Origin: Candidatus Binatia bacterium
Lineage (GTDB): Bacteria; Desulfobacterota; Binatia; HRBIN30
Length of the DNA: 64,000 bases
Assembly (NCBI GenBank): GCA_026004215.1
Contig: BPIR01000001.1
Coordinates: 832,566-896,565 of the forward strand
Direction of reading: 5' to 3'
Shown here one piece after another: positions 20,591 through 30,642 of this stretch. Position numbers and translations under genes: made by a program. Under the pieces are notes generated by a model. It saw nothing but the letters and a program-made list of their open reading frames with translations. It did not search any database and was not told the DNA's origin. Numbering within the stretch: position 1 is the first letter of the stretch; each line of letters starts with the position of its first letter.

Positions 20591-20944
20591 TCAGTCCCAT
20601 TCCAACGCCCCCTTCTGCCACACGTAAATCAAGCCCACACCGAGAACGAATAGGAAAACCAACATTTCCGCAAAGCCAAACCAACCGAGCCGGTCGAACA
20701 ACACCGCCCACGGATACAAGAACACTACTTCGATGTCGAAGATGATAAAGATGATGGCGGTCATGTAGAACTTGACGGGAAAGCGGCCCCAGGCGCTGCC
20801 GCTGGGGGGGTTGCCGCATTCGAACGCCTCACCTTTGGCGGGCGTTTCCACACGGGGGCCGAGCAATCGTCCCAAACTCACCATCACGGCAACGAGGCCG
20901 CCGACCAACACGAACGTGACCAGCACGGAAATCGACTGCTCCAT
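20591..20944 (-). CDS. nuoA: NADH-quinone oxidoreductase subunit A
   Basis: An internal start MEQSISVLVTF... followed by ...ECGNPPSG...FDIEVVFLYPWA matches the NuoA/ND3 signature. The longer track ORF start is likely spurious. Confidence 0.85.
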   Translation of the reverse strand: MEQSISVLVTFVLVGGLVAVMVSLGRLLGPRVETPAKGEAFECGNPPSGSAWGRFPVKFYMTAIIFIIFDIEVVFLYPWAVLFDRLGWFGFAEMLVFLFVLGVGLIYVWQKGALEWD

Positions 20945-21480
20945 CGCCACACCTACCCTAGAATCCCCGACGCAAACACTCCTGACCGATAGAGATGACC
21001 TTGCGCGCGGACCAACGCGCGCGCATGCACTAGGGGAAGCCCCAATTCCAGTCAAGCCAACTCGCTCGCCTCCCGCTTGCAAAAATCTAACGCCCCCTTG
21101 CATCGCGGCTAATCGGCCAGTGACGCGCTCGACAATGCGCACACACCTCTAGCCCCCGCCACTGAAGCCGAAGCTTCTCGCAGAACGATCGCGCAGGCAA
21201 ACAGTTCGTGCCCCCAGTTGGGCCGACCCCTTCCGCTCGCGCCATACGATCAGCACGGGTCAGCCGTCAAACCCGGGGAGCCATCTCCCCGGGTGCCTCC
21301 CGCGGTCTGCTCTCGCCGACACACCTTTCTGACGGGACCGGCCGCAGCGGCACGCGTGCGACCATCCGCTTGCGTTTGACTAGAAAGCTGCAAACATGCT
21401 CTGGGTTCGAAGGATTGACAGGTTAAAAGGTGAATCTATCGAGGAACAAGGGCGTCCAAGCGCGCCCCGGAGGTAGCGTT

Positions 21481-22332
21481 ATGGCAAATGCGATGAAGAC
21501 GACACTGCTTCTTGGACTCCTCACCGGACTCATTTTGTGGTTTGGGCAGTTTTTCGGCGGCTCGCACGGCATGGCCGTGGCTTTCGTGCTGGCTGTGTTG
21601 ATGAATTTCGGCAGTTATTGGTTTTCGGACAAAATCGTTCTGGCCATGTACCGGGCCCGCCCTGTCACCGAACACGAGGCTCCGGAGCTTTACAACATGG
21701 TTCACAATCTCGCCACCAAAGCCGGGATCCCTATGCCGCGCGTCTACGTGATTCCGTCCGATGCGGCCAACGCTTTTGCGACAGGGCGCAGCCCGAACCA
21801 CGCCGCAGTCGCCGTTACCGAAGGTATCTTGCGCATCATGACGATGGAGGAATTGGAAGGGGTGCTGGCTCACGAGCTCAGCCACGTCAAAAACCGCGAT
21901 ATTTTGATCAGCTCCATCGCCGCAACCTTGGCGGGCGTGCTCGTACTCCTGGCCGACATGTTGCGCTGGGGAGCCATGTTCGGCATGGCGCGCGATCGGG
22001 AGGACAACGCCGGCGGCGTCGTCGGCTTGATTGCTCTTTCGATCTTGGCGCCGATTGCGGCGATGCTCATCCAGCTTGCCATCTCGCGCACGCGGGAATT
22101 CGAGGCTGACGCCAGCGCAGCTCGGATCTTGGGAACTGGCGAACCGCTGGCGCGGGCTCTCGAAAAACTCGAATTCGCTGCACAGCGCTATCCCCTGCCG
22201 GCTTCGGCGCAGACGGCGCACATGTTTATCGTCAACCCGCTGCGCGGTGACTTTCTGGCCCGTCTGTTTAGCACGCACCCACCCGTAGAGGAGCGAATCC
22301 GCCGGCTGCGCTCGATGGAGTGGCGGCGCTAG
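21481..22332 (+). CDS. htpX: Zinc metalloprotease HtpX homolog (M48)
   Basis: HELSH motif and a 4-TM architecture. The start at [12 protein letters not shown] was verified as ATG 21481. Confidence 0.85.
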   Translation: MANAMKTTLLLGLLTGLILWFGQFFGGSHGMAVAFVLAVLMNFGSYWFSDKIVLAMYRARPVTEHEAPELYNMVHNLATKAGIPMPRVYVIPSDAANAFATGRSPNHAAVAVTEGILRIMTMEELEGVLAHELSHVKNRDILISSIAATLAGVLVLLADMLRWGAMFGMARDREDNAGGVVGLIALSILAPIAAMLIQLAISRTREFEADASAARILGTGEPLARALEKLEFAAQRYPLPASAQTAHMFIVNPLRGDFLARLFSTHPPVEERIRRLRSMEWRR

Positions 22333-22376
22333 CAGACAACGCTTGGTAGCGTCTTCGAACGCACATCACTGGGACC

Positions 22377-22805
22377 ATGGCCACCGAGCACAACGAACAA
22401 CAACCGCAACGGGCATTCAAAGTGGAGGATCGGCGCCGCTTTACCGCAAGCGGGGATCCACGTCCCGATCTCCAGGACCAACCTGCAACCGAACGCGAGA
22501 ACAAGCCGGAGCAAACTTCCAAAGACCCCGGCTTTCGTATGGAGCCGCCGCCACCGCCACCAGCCATCAACTTTGCGACCTTCGTTCTCAGCTTGAGTAC
22601 GCAAGCATTGGCCCATCTGGGAGAAATCCCCGACCCAGTCACCCGGGAGATCCGACGCGATCTCGCCGCCGCGTCTCAGATGATCGACATTTTGGCCATG
22701 ATCGAGCAAAAGACCCGCGGCAATCTGGAGCCCGACGAGGCGCAGCTTTTGAGCGACATCCTCTACGACTTACGCCTGCGGTACGTGGAAAAGTCGAAGT
22801 CTTGA
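22377..22805 (+). CDS. DUF1844 domain protein
   Basis: The core INFATFVLSLSTQALAHLGEIPDPVTRE...IDILAMIEQKTRGNL matches the DUF1844 pattern. It has an acidic/Pro-rich N-terminus. Confidence 0.7.
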   Translation: MATEHNEQQPQRAFKVEDRRRFTASGDPRPDLQDQPATERENKPEQTSKDPGFRMEPPPPPPAINFATFVLSLSTQALAHLGEIPDPVTREIRRDLAAASQMIDILAMIEQKTRGNLEPDEAQLLSDILYDLRLRYVEKSKS

Positions 22806-22906
22806 GTTCCTGGTCCTAGCTTACAGCTATCCCCTGGTGTTCACTTCGAGCAATCTCTTTTGAGGAAGGAGGCCACGCATTCATGGTTGGCAACGGCCGC
22901 CGCGCT

Positions 22907-24388
22907 ATGGCGGCACTTATTCTAAGTTGGCTTGGCTGGCTTGTACCTGTCCGAGCAACGTTTGCGATAAGCTTTTGGGGCGAAGCTGCTTCACCCACAC
23001 CCACGCCGTTGGCGCACCCTGCACCACAAGCCAGCACCGGGGCGGAATCAGAGGCGCGTCCTTGCTTGCCCGATTTTGCGTCCTTGGTCGACCGTCTCAG
23101 CCCTGCTGTGGTGAACATCTCCACATCCTCGACCGCGTCTCTCGAAACCCCCGGGCAAATGCTGCCCGGACCGTTCGGGCGCGGTCCGGAGGAATTCTTC
23201 GAACCCTTCGAACGTTTTTGGGGCAGGCCCCGCCAATACCGGCAACGGAGTCTCGGCTCCGGCTTTATCATCAACCACGAGGGCTACATCCTCACGAACA
23301 ACCACGTGATCGAGAACGCGGACCAAATTACGGTGCGCTTGGAAAACGAGCAGGAATTCAAAGCTCGGGTTATCGGCCGCGATCCCAAGACAGATATTGC
23401 CGTCATCAAGATCGATAACGCCTCGAACCTCGCCGTGGTCACTTTGGGCGATTCCGACAAACTGCGAGTGGGGGACTGGGTGCTCGCCATCGGCAACCCC
23501 TTTGGGCTCGATCACACAGTCACCGCCGGCATTGTCTCGGCCAAGGGCCGTTACCTGGGACAAGGTAGCTACGACCAGTTCATTCAAACGGATGCGGCCA
23601 TCAACCCGGGGAATTCGGGAGGGCCTTTGATCAACACCCGCGGCGAAGTCATCGGCATCAACACAGCGATTTTTTCTCGCGGTGCGGGGAACATCGGAAT
23701 CGGCTTTGCCATCCCGATCAATCTTGCCAAAGAGCTGCTTCCGGAACTCGAGGCCAAAGGCAAGGTCACTCGCGGGTGGCTCGGGGTGCTTATTCAGAGA
23801 GTCACGCCGGACATCGCGGAGTCCCTCGGCTTGAGCAAACCCGAGGGGGCGTTGGTGGCAGACGTCGTGGCCGACGGCCCGGCAGCCGAAGCGGGAATCA
23901 AAGTGGGTGACGTCATCGTGGAATTCGACGGGCACGCGATCAAAGAGTCCAACGAGCTTCCCCTGTTGGTCGCCCGTACTCCTGTCGGCAAGGTGGTCAA
24001 GGTAAAGGTGCTTCGCAACAACAACCCCGTAGTCGTCGAGGTGAAGGTTGGGGAACTCAAGGATGAAGAGCCCGCGACGGGTCCGTCGGGCGGCGAGGCG
24101 GAAGAACTCGGCATCACCGTGCAACCTCTCACACCCGACATTGCCGAATCGCTCGGCTTGAGTCGCGACCTCAAAGGCATGGTGGTGGCTCGTGTGGAGC
24201 CGGGAAGCCCGGCTGAGGAAGCGGGACTGCGACGCGGGGACGTGATCCTGGAAGTCAACCGCGAGCCGGTCAAAGATCTGGCATCGTACCGCAAGGCCCT
24301 CAAGGCCGCGGCGGGCAAGAAAACCGTGTTGCTTCTGGTTCGCCGAGGCGAGAACACCATCTTCATCCCCATCAAACGCGGGAGCTAA
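22907..24388 (+). CDS. degP: Periplasmic serine endoprotease DegP/HtrA family (two PDZ domains)
   Basis: Trypsin-like catalytic triad context (HV...D...GNSGGPL) plus two PDZ-like segments. The signal peptide starts at the internal M (MAALILSWLGW). Confidence 0.85.
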   Translation: MAALILSWLGWLVPVRATFAISFWGEAASPTPTPLAHPAPQASTGAESEARPCLPDFASLVDRLSPAVVNISTSSTASLETPGQMLPGPFGRGPEEFFEPFERFWGRPRQYRQRSLGSGFIINHEGYILTNNHVIENADQITVRLENEQEFKARVIGRDPKTDIAVIKIDNASNLAVVTLGDSDKLRVGDWVLAIGNPFGLDHTVTAGIVSAKGRYLGQGSYDQFIQTDAAINPGNSGGPLINTRGEVIGINTAIFSRGAGNIGIGFAIPINLAKELLPELEAKGKVTRGWLGVLIQRVTPDIAESLGLSKPEGALVADVVADGPAAEAGIKVGDVIVEFDGHAIKESNELPLLVARTPVGKVVKVKVLRNNNPVVVEVKVGELKDEEPATGPSGGEAEELGITVQPLTPDIAESLGLSRDLKGMVVARVEPGSPAEEAGLRRGDVILEVNREPVKDLASYRKALKAAAGKKTVLLLVRRGENTIFIPIKRGS

Positions 24389-24445
24389 GCTCCCCCATCA
24401 CCCCCGGCGCCCGCAGGGAAACAGGCGGGCGCCGGGTACACGAAC

Positions 24446-26752
24446 ATGTGGCGCCGCATTGCTGGGATCGTCGTTGCCGTTCTTGCCCTCGCCACCGTTG
24501 TCGCCACCATCCTCGCATGGCGCCAAATTCAGGCGCTTCGGGCCGACATCTGCGAGCGCTTCCGCAACCACACCTGGCAGATCGCCTCGCGCGTGTATGG
24601 GGATGCGTATTTGATTTACCCAGGCCTGGACGCAACTGCGTCGGGCCTCCGCGATCGCTTGATCGAGCTTGGCTACGAGGAACAACCCCACGAACCCGAC
24701 CGCCCCGGGGCTTTTTGTTCCCAATGCGCCAACGGATGGGTGCTGTTTGTACGATCTTTCCCGCCTTGGCGCGAGGCGCCTGAGCGAGTTCGGCTCGAAG
24801 TCGCAGGGGCTACGATCGAGCGTATCGTCGTCGAGGACACCCATGAAGAGCTGCCCGCGTTCGAGCTCGAGCCTCCTCTTCTCTCCGGCTTGTATGCGGA
24901 GTCCTGGGAAGACCGCCGGCTGGTCAGCCTCGATGATGTTCCTCCCCTCCTGGTGCAGGCGATCTTGGACACCGAGGACCGCCGTTTTTTCGAACACCGG
25001 GGAATTGACGTCTACGGAATCGTGCGCGCGTTGTGGACCAACCTGCGGGCTCGTCGCGTCGTCGAGGGAGGCAGTACGCTCACGCAGCAGCTCATGAAGA
25101 ATTTCTTCCTGACGGACGAACGCACCTTCCGCCGCAAAATTCAAGAAGCAGTCATGGCCTTTTTCGTCGAGCGAGAGTTTTCGAAGGAAGAGATTCTCGA
25201 AAATTACCTGAACGAGATTTACCTCGGCCAACGTGGTGCTCAGGCGATCCACGGGGTCTGGGAAGCCAGCCACTTTTACTTTGGCAAGCCACCTCAAGAG
25301 CTGACGGTCGGCGAAATCGCGATGATCGCGGGGCTCATTCGGGGCCCGAATTTGTACTCACCCCACCGCGACCTGACGCGCGCCACGCGACGCCGTAACC
25401 ACGTTCTCCGGCGCATGTTACAAGCCGGCCACATTGACCAAGACACCTTCGAACGAGCCATCGCCGAGCCGTTACGCCCGGCCCCCTACGTTTTGCGAAC
25501 GCGCGACGCACCGTACTTTACCGATTTCGTCCGCCAGCAGCTCGGCGAACTGTACCCGCCGGAACTCTTGTTCAACGAAGGGCTGCGCGTGTTTACCACT
25601 CTCGATCTCCATTTGCAGCGGCTCGCCGAGGAATCCGTTTCGCGGGGGCTCGAGCACCTCGAGCAAACGGTCGCCGCAATCGGCAAAGCCAAACAAGAGG
25701 GAGAGCCCGTGCAAGCCTGTTTGCTCGCCATGCAGCCGCAAACCGGATTCATCCGGGCGATGGTTGGCGGGCGCGACTACCGCACAAGCCAATTCAATCG
25801 CTGTACGCAGGCGCTGCGGCAACCGGGATCGGTGTTCAAGCCCATCGTGTATGCTGCTGCCCTGGAAGCCACGCGGCACAGCCCGGCACCGCTGCAGCCC
25901 ACCACGTTTATCGAAGATGCCCCATTTTCTTGGCCTTACGACGGGAAGACCTGGAATCCCTCGAATTACGACCAGCGCTACCTCGGCCAGGTTACCCTGC
26001 GCACTGCGCTGGAGCTTTCCCTCAATGCGGCCACGGCGCGATTGGCGTTTCAGGTCGGGTTGCCCGAAATCATTTCTACGGCTCGCGCTCTTGGAATTAC
26101 CTCGCCGCTACCCCCCGTTCCCGCTGTCGTTCTGGGGGCCGCCGAACTCACTCCCCTCGAGGTGGCCCAGGCGTACGCTGTGTTCGCCAACGGCGGAGTC
26201 CGGACCCGTCCTCTCGCCTTGCGCCGTGTTGCCGACCGCAGTGGGGTGTCACTGGAGCGCCAGCCCGTGGAAGTCGAAGCCGTGCTGCCGGCGGACACCG
26301 CTTTCCTCATCACCCACATGCTGACAGGGGTGCTCGAACGCGGAACCGCGGCTTCTGCACGACGCCTGGGCTTCAAACGCGTCGCAGCCGGAAAGACTGG
26401 CACGACCAACGATTACCAGGATGCGTGGTTTGTTGGCTACACCCCAGAGTTGCTGGCGGTCGTCTGGGTGGGCTTCGACAGCAAACAACCGCTGGGTCTA
26501 CCCGGAGCCCGCGGCGCACTGCCCATCTGGGTGGACTTCATGAAACGGGCCACGGCGTCATTTCCGCCCCACGACTTCACTGCACCACCCAACATCCGTT
26601 TCGCTCGGATCGACCCCGAGTCGGGCGCACTGGCAACCGAAAATTGCCCCGAAACTCTGGTGGAAGCATTTTACGCCGACCGAGTGCCGCTAAATTTGTG
26701 CCCCCTCCACTCTTCCCCGCCCGACGATCTCCCCACCGGCGAGCCGCACTGA
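24446..26752 (+). CDS. Class A penicillin-binding protein (PBP1B-like: UB2H + GT51 transglycosylase + transpeptidase)
   Basis: GT51 motifs (EDRRFFEHRGID, GGSTLTQQL). A TPase SxxK / KTGT region (RVAAGKTGTTND). An N-terminal TM helix. Confidence 0.85.
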   Translation: MWRRIAGIVVAVLALATVVATILAWRQIQALRADICERFRNHTWQIASRVYGDAYLIYPGLDATASGLRDRLIELGYEEQPHEPDRPGAFCSQCANGWVLFVRSFPPWREAPERVRLEVAGATIERIVVEDTHEELPAFELEPPLLSGLYAESWEDRRLVSLDDVPPLLVQAILDTEDRRFFEHRGIDVYGIVRALWTNLRARRVVEGGSTLTQQLMKNFFLTDERTFRRKIQEAVMAFFVEREFSKEEILENYLNEIYLGQRGAQAIHGVWEASHFYFGKPPQELTVGEIAMIAGLIRGPNLYSPHRDLTRATRRRNHVLRRMLQAGHIDQDTFERAIAEPLRPAPYVLRTRDAPYFTDFVRQQLGELYPPELLFNEGLRVFTTLDLHLQRLAEESVSRGLEHLEQTVAAIGKAKQEGEPVQACLLAMQPQTGFIRAMVGGRDYRTSQFNRCTQALRQPGSVFKPIVYAAALEATRHSPAPLQPTTFIEDAPFSWPYDGKTWNPSNYDQRYLGQVTLRTALELSLNAATARLAFQVGLPEIISTARALGITSPLPPVPAVVLGAAELTPLEVAQAYAVFANGGVRTRPLALRRVADRSGVSLERQPVEVEAVLPADTAFLITHMLTGVLERGTAASARRLGFKRVAAGKTGTTNDYQDAWFVGYTPELLAVVWVGFDSKQPLGLPGARGALPIWVDFMKRATASFPPHDFTAPPNIRFARIDPESGALATENCPETLVEAFYADRVPLNLCPLHSSPPDDLPTGEPH

Positions 26753-26775
26753 CGCCTCAGCGCATCGCGGGCCCG

Positions 26776-28800
26776 TCAGACCGTCCCTGCGGCAGACTGC
26801 TCCGCAACCGGTCGATCGCCGCCCTGGCGCCCACGCACATCCTCCACCGTGGCCACAATGTCCTCCACGATTTGGGTCAGGGTTGCTTGGCCCGGGGTGT
26901 AAATTCTCGCCACCCCGGCTCGCCGCAGGGCGTCGTGATCCTGCTCCGGAATGATCCCGCCGACAAACACGGGCACATCCGTCAATCCTCTCTCTCGCAG
27001 CAGTTCGATCACCCGGGGCACGAGGGTCAAGTGCGAACCCGAATGGATGGACAGCCCGACCGCATCCACGTCTTCTTGCAGGGCCGACTCGGCAATTTGC
27101 TCCGGCGTCAGCCGGATGCCGTCGTAAATCACCTCGATTCCAGCTTCTTTCGCCCGCACCGCAATTTGCTCGGCGCCGTTCGAGTGACCATCGAGTCCGG
27201 GTTTCGCCACCAGGAGTCGAAGCGGGTGCCCGAGCTTTTGCGCGACACGTTGCGTGTGGGAGCGCAGGGCAGCGATGCGTTCGCCGTCCGTGGCAAAGGT
27301 TACGCCTTGCAGTCCTGTCGGCGCACGGTATTCCCCAAACACTTTGCGCAAGGTTCCCGCCCATTCACCCGTGGTCACTCCGGCGTGAGCCGCACGAATG
27401 GAGGCGGGCATAATGTTGCTTCCGTTCCGAGCCGCCTCTTCCAACGCGCGTAGTGCGGCCTCGACTTCTGCCGCGTTGCGTTTTGCGCGGAAAGCCCGCA
27501 AGCGTTCCACCTGACGGCGTTCTGCCTCCGGATCCACGACCAGGATCGCAGTCGCTCCGTTGCCCTCGAGCAGGGGGGATGGCTCGTGTTCCGTGAACTT
27601 GTTCACTCCCACGACCACGATCTCGCCGGATTCGATCTTGCGCTGTCGCTCGGCGTGGCTTGCAACCAACGCGCGCTTCATCGTTTCGATGGCCACATTC
27701 GGGTCGCCAATCGCCAAGATACGGTCGAGCTCCGCCTGCGCCGCATCCATCAGCTCCTGCACCTTGGCCTCGATCACCTTCGAACCCGCAAAAATGTCCT
27801 CGGGATATTCGAGCAAGTCCGTTTCGTAGGCGAGCACTTGCTGAATCCGGAGCGACCACTGTTGGTCCCACGGCCGCGGCAACCCGAGCGCTTCATTCCA
27901 AGCCGGCAGTTGGATCGAACGCGCCCGCGCTTCCTTGGACAGGGTGACGGCGAGCATCTCCAGGACGATGCGCTGTACGTTGTTCTCGGGCTGCTGTGCG
28001 GTAAGACCGAGCGAATTCACCTGCACGCCGTAGCGGAAGCGGCGCTTGCTCGGGTCTTCCACTCCGTAGCGCTCGCGGGTCAGGCGATCCCACAAGCGCG
28101 TGAAGGCTTTGAGCTTGCACATTTCCTCGATGAAGCGGATGCCCGCGTTTACAAAGAACGACATGGCACCAATCACATCGGGCATGGAAACGCCCGGCCG
28201 CTGGCGCACCCGATCCAAAACGGCACAGGCGTTGGCGAGCGCGAAGGCAATTTCCTGCACCGGTGTCGCCCCGGCCTCCTGCAAATGGTAGCTGCAGACG
28301 TTCATCGGGTTCCATTTGGGGATGTGCCGGACGGTGTACTCGATCACATCCACAGTTAGGCGCAGCGACGGCTCGGGAGGGAACGCGTACGTGCCGCGGG
28401 CCAGGAACTCCTTGAGAATGTCGTTCTGCGTCGTGCCGCGAAGCGTGCGTGGATCCGCACCCTGGCGTTCCGCCACCGCCACGTACAGGGCGAGGAGCCA
28501 GGCGGCCGTGGCGTTGATCGTCATCGAGGTATTCATCTTGCCGACGGGGATCTGATCGAAGAGCAGCTCCATGTCCTCGATGTGACAAATCGGCACGCCC
28601 ACTTTCCCCACTTCCCCCGCGGCCATGGGGTGATCGGAATCGTAACCCGTCTGCGTGGGCAGGTCGAAGGCAATGCTTAGGCCGGTTTGCCCTTTTGCTA
28701 AGTTGCGCCGAAACAACTCGTTAGCGGCGCGGGGATCCGTGTGGCCTGCATAGGTTCGCATCAACCACGGCTCGTCACGTTGGGTCATGAATTCGAACAT
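26776..28800 (-). CDS. Methylmalonyl-CoA mutase family protein (fused substrate-binding barrel + C-terminal B12-binding domain)
   Basis: MTQRDEPWLMRTYAGH... gives a mutase N-terminus. The C-terminal ...DVDAVGLSIHSGSHLTLVPRV...VFVGGIIPEQD is a B12-binding Rossmann-like domain. The start was chosen at the internal MFEFMTQ. Confidence 0.8.
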   Translation of the reverse strand: MFEFMTQRDEPWLMRTYAGHTDPRAANELFRRNLAKGQTGLSIAFDLPTQTGYDSDHPMAAGEVGKVGVPICHIEDMELLFDQIPVGKMNTSMTINATAAWLLALYVAVAERQGADPRTLRGTTQNDILKEFLARGTYAFPPEPSLRLTVDVIEYTVRHIPKWNPMNVCSYHLQEAGATPVQEIAFALANACAVLDRVRQRPGVSMPDVIGAMSFFVNAGIRFIEEMCKLKAFTRLWDRLTRERYGVEDPSKRRFRYGVQVNSLGLTAQQPENNVQRIVLEMLAVTLSKEARARSIQLPAWNEALGLPRPWDQQWSLRIQQVLAYETDLLEYPEDIFAGSKVIEAKVQELMDAAQAELDRILAIGDPNVAIETMKRALVASHAERQRKIESGEIVVVGVNKFTEHEPSPLLEGNGATAILVVDPEAERRQVERLRAFRAKRNAAEVEAALRALEEAARNGSNIMPASIRAAHAGVTTGEWAGTLRKVFGEYRAPTGLQGVTFATDGERIAALRSHTQRVAQKLGHPLRLLVAKPGLDGHSNGAEQIAVRAKEAGIEVIYDGIRLTPEQIAESALQEDVDAVGLSIHSGSHLTLVPRVIELLRERGLTDVPVFVGGIIPEQDHDALRRAGVARIYTPGQATLTQIVEDIVATVEDVRGRQGGDRPVAEQSAAGTV

Positions 28801-29199
28801 ACCAGCGCCCCAGACGATCAAGCAAGCCAGCGTGGCGCGGCCCAGGGTAGAGGCCGCTATCGGGCTTCGATTATCGTGTTCTCTCGAGAGAACTGCTCGC
28901 ACCTTTTTCCGGGCTTCATCTCACCGAGGTCGGTCTCGACGCTGAAAGCAGGCGACAATCACATCCTCCATCCGTTCGGCTCGGCGGCGTTATCGCGGGG
29001 ACCCCCACCCCAGGCGCAAGACGCCATAGACCAGCAGACTCATCAACACGACGAACCAGGCGCCTCTTGCGCCGACGGGAACTGAAGCGGCACAGCGCAC
29101 ACTCCCCGAACAATCAGGGTCGGCGCAGTCCACCGCCCCGTCGCCATCGTTGTCGAAATCATCGCTGCACGCGAAATCCCCCGCTGCGCGTTCGAACTG

Positions 29200-29460
29200 A
29201 GAGCGCGTGGGGGTCACCGTTGGCGAGCCCGTCGGGCTCCGCGTCTGGGTGGGGGAGGCGCTCGGCGTCGGGGTGGGAGAGGGAGTCGCACTGGCCGTCG
29301 CGGTGGGAGAGGGAGTAGCACTGCCTGTCGCGGAAGGAGACGGTGTCACGGTGGGAGTGGGGCTCATTGGGCCGGCCGAGGATGAAGTTGGCGTTACCGT
29401 CGGACTCGGTGTGTCGGTCGGTGTCGCAGTGGGCGTGGACGGGTTAGAGGTTGGGGAGCC
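29200..29460. repeat. Imperfect ~30-bp tandem DNA repeats encoding a Pro/Thr/Ser-rich linker
   Basis: Repeated gtcgcggtgggagagggagtcgcactggcc-like units appear on the + strand. On the minus strand they encode [26 protein letters not shown]. Confidence 0.5.
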
Positions 29461-30634
29461 GGAACTCGTTTGCTGGAATTCGAAAACGTACGCCGACCCT
29501 TGGTCCGTGGGGTTGATATCGTCCTGATACGCCCCCACAACGACCGTTCCTCCCGTAACAGAAGGGTAAAATCCCACCGCAGCCCCGAAGAGATCGGATA
29601 TCTCCCCGTCGGAGGCGACCAGCTTTGCGGCCTCCGAGATGCTTCCGGACCATCCCGCTGGGGGCTTCGCATACACGTACGCTTTGCCGGGGCCTCCTGG
29701 CTGCTGGGCCCCTGCGATCACCGTGTCGCCGGAAATCGCCACGCTGTATCCAAGCTGGTCCCCTGAGCTCGCGTCCGAGGCCGTGAGGGTGGCGCTCTCC
29801 GACATGTTGACCCAACCGCTAATTGGCTTGACAAAAACAAAGCCCCGCCCTGCCCCGCTTGCCATGTTTGGCGCTCCCGCTACCGCGACGTCGCCATCGA
29901 TAGCCACGGAAAGGCCGAGCCAACCGTCCGAAACGCAGCTTGCCGTCTGAAGAAACGCGGTTTCGTTCAGCGTGCCAGACCAGCCACCCGCAGGCTTCGT
30001 GAAGACGTAAACTCGACCCGCGTTCGTGCAGAACATGCCCAGGTCGAAAAACGGTGCGCCTGCGAGAACTGTGTCTCCGTCAATGTCAACCTCGACGCCG
30101 AGCTCAGCGTCATCTTGGTTGTTCGAAGCGACGAGCTTGGCGTTGTGCGTCAACGTACCGGACCATCCGCCGGCGGGTTTGACGAATACATAAGCGGCCC
30201 CGGGATCGTCGGCTCCGCTGAACGGAGCGCCCGCGACAATCGCATTTCCCGAAATCCGCACCGCATCCCCGAACCAATCGCCAGGCATTCCGTCGCCCGC
30301 AACCAACTTCGCGCTCTGCGTGAGGTTTCCGGACCATCCCCCTGCCGGCTTTACGAACACGTACGCGGCCCCACGGTTCATGTTCCCATTTGTATCGTGA
30401 GTCGGCGCGCCGACGACAACGACATCGCCATCGATGGCTACCGAGTCCCCGAATCGGTCCCCGGCGTCACCGTCGCTGGGAGCGAGTTTCGCGTCCCAAG
30501 ATGATGTCGTGGCCCAGCCACCGCTCGGCTTCAAGAAAACATAGGCGGCACCCGGAGTAACCCCAAACGGTGCAGGTGACCCCACAACGACGGTGTCGCC
30601 AAAAATGGCCACCGAGAAACCGAAAAAGTCACTT

Positions 30635-30642
30635 CCCCCCCC
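30635..30642. repeat. C8/G8 homopolymer at the frameshift site of the FG-GAP gene
   Basis: acttCCCCCCCCggag on the + strand. The frames of the two halves of the gene differ by one nucleotide here. Confidence 0.8.

Noticed and set aside
21398-21412. GGGTTCGAAGG T-loop-like string suggesting a tRNA
   Set aside because: No complementary T-stem or acceptor stem can be formed from the flanking sequence.
21376-21443. TTGACT/TTGACA hexamers and a sigma32-like CTTGCAA…CCCCTTGCAT string (near 21090) upstream of htpX
   Set aside because: The spacers and -10 elements do not fit consensus well, and the sigma32-like string is ~360 bp from the start codon. I could not support a promoter call.
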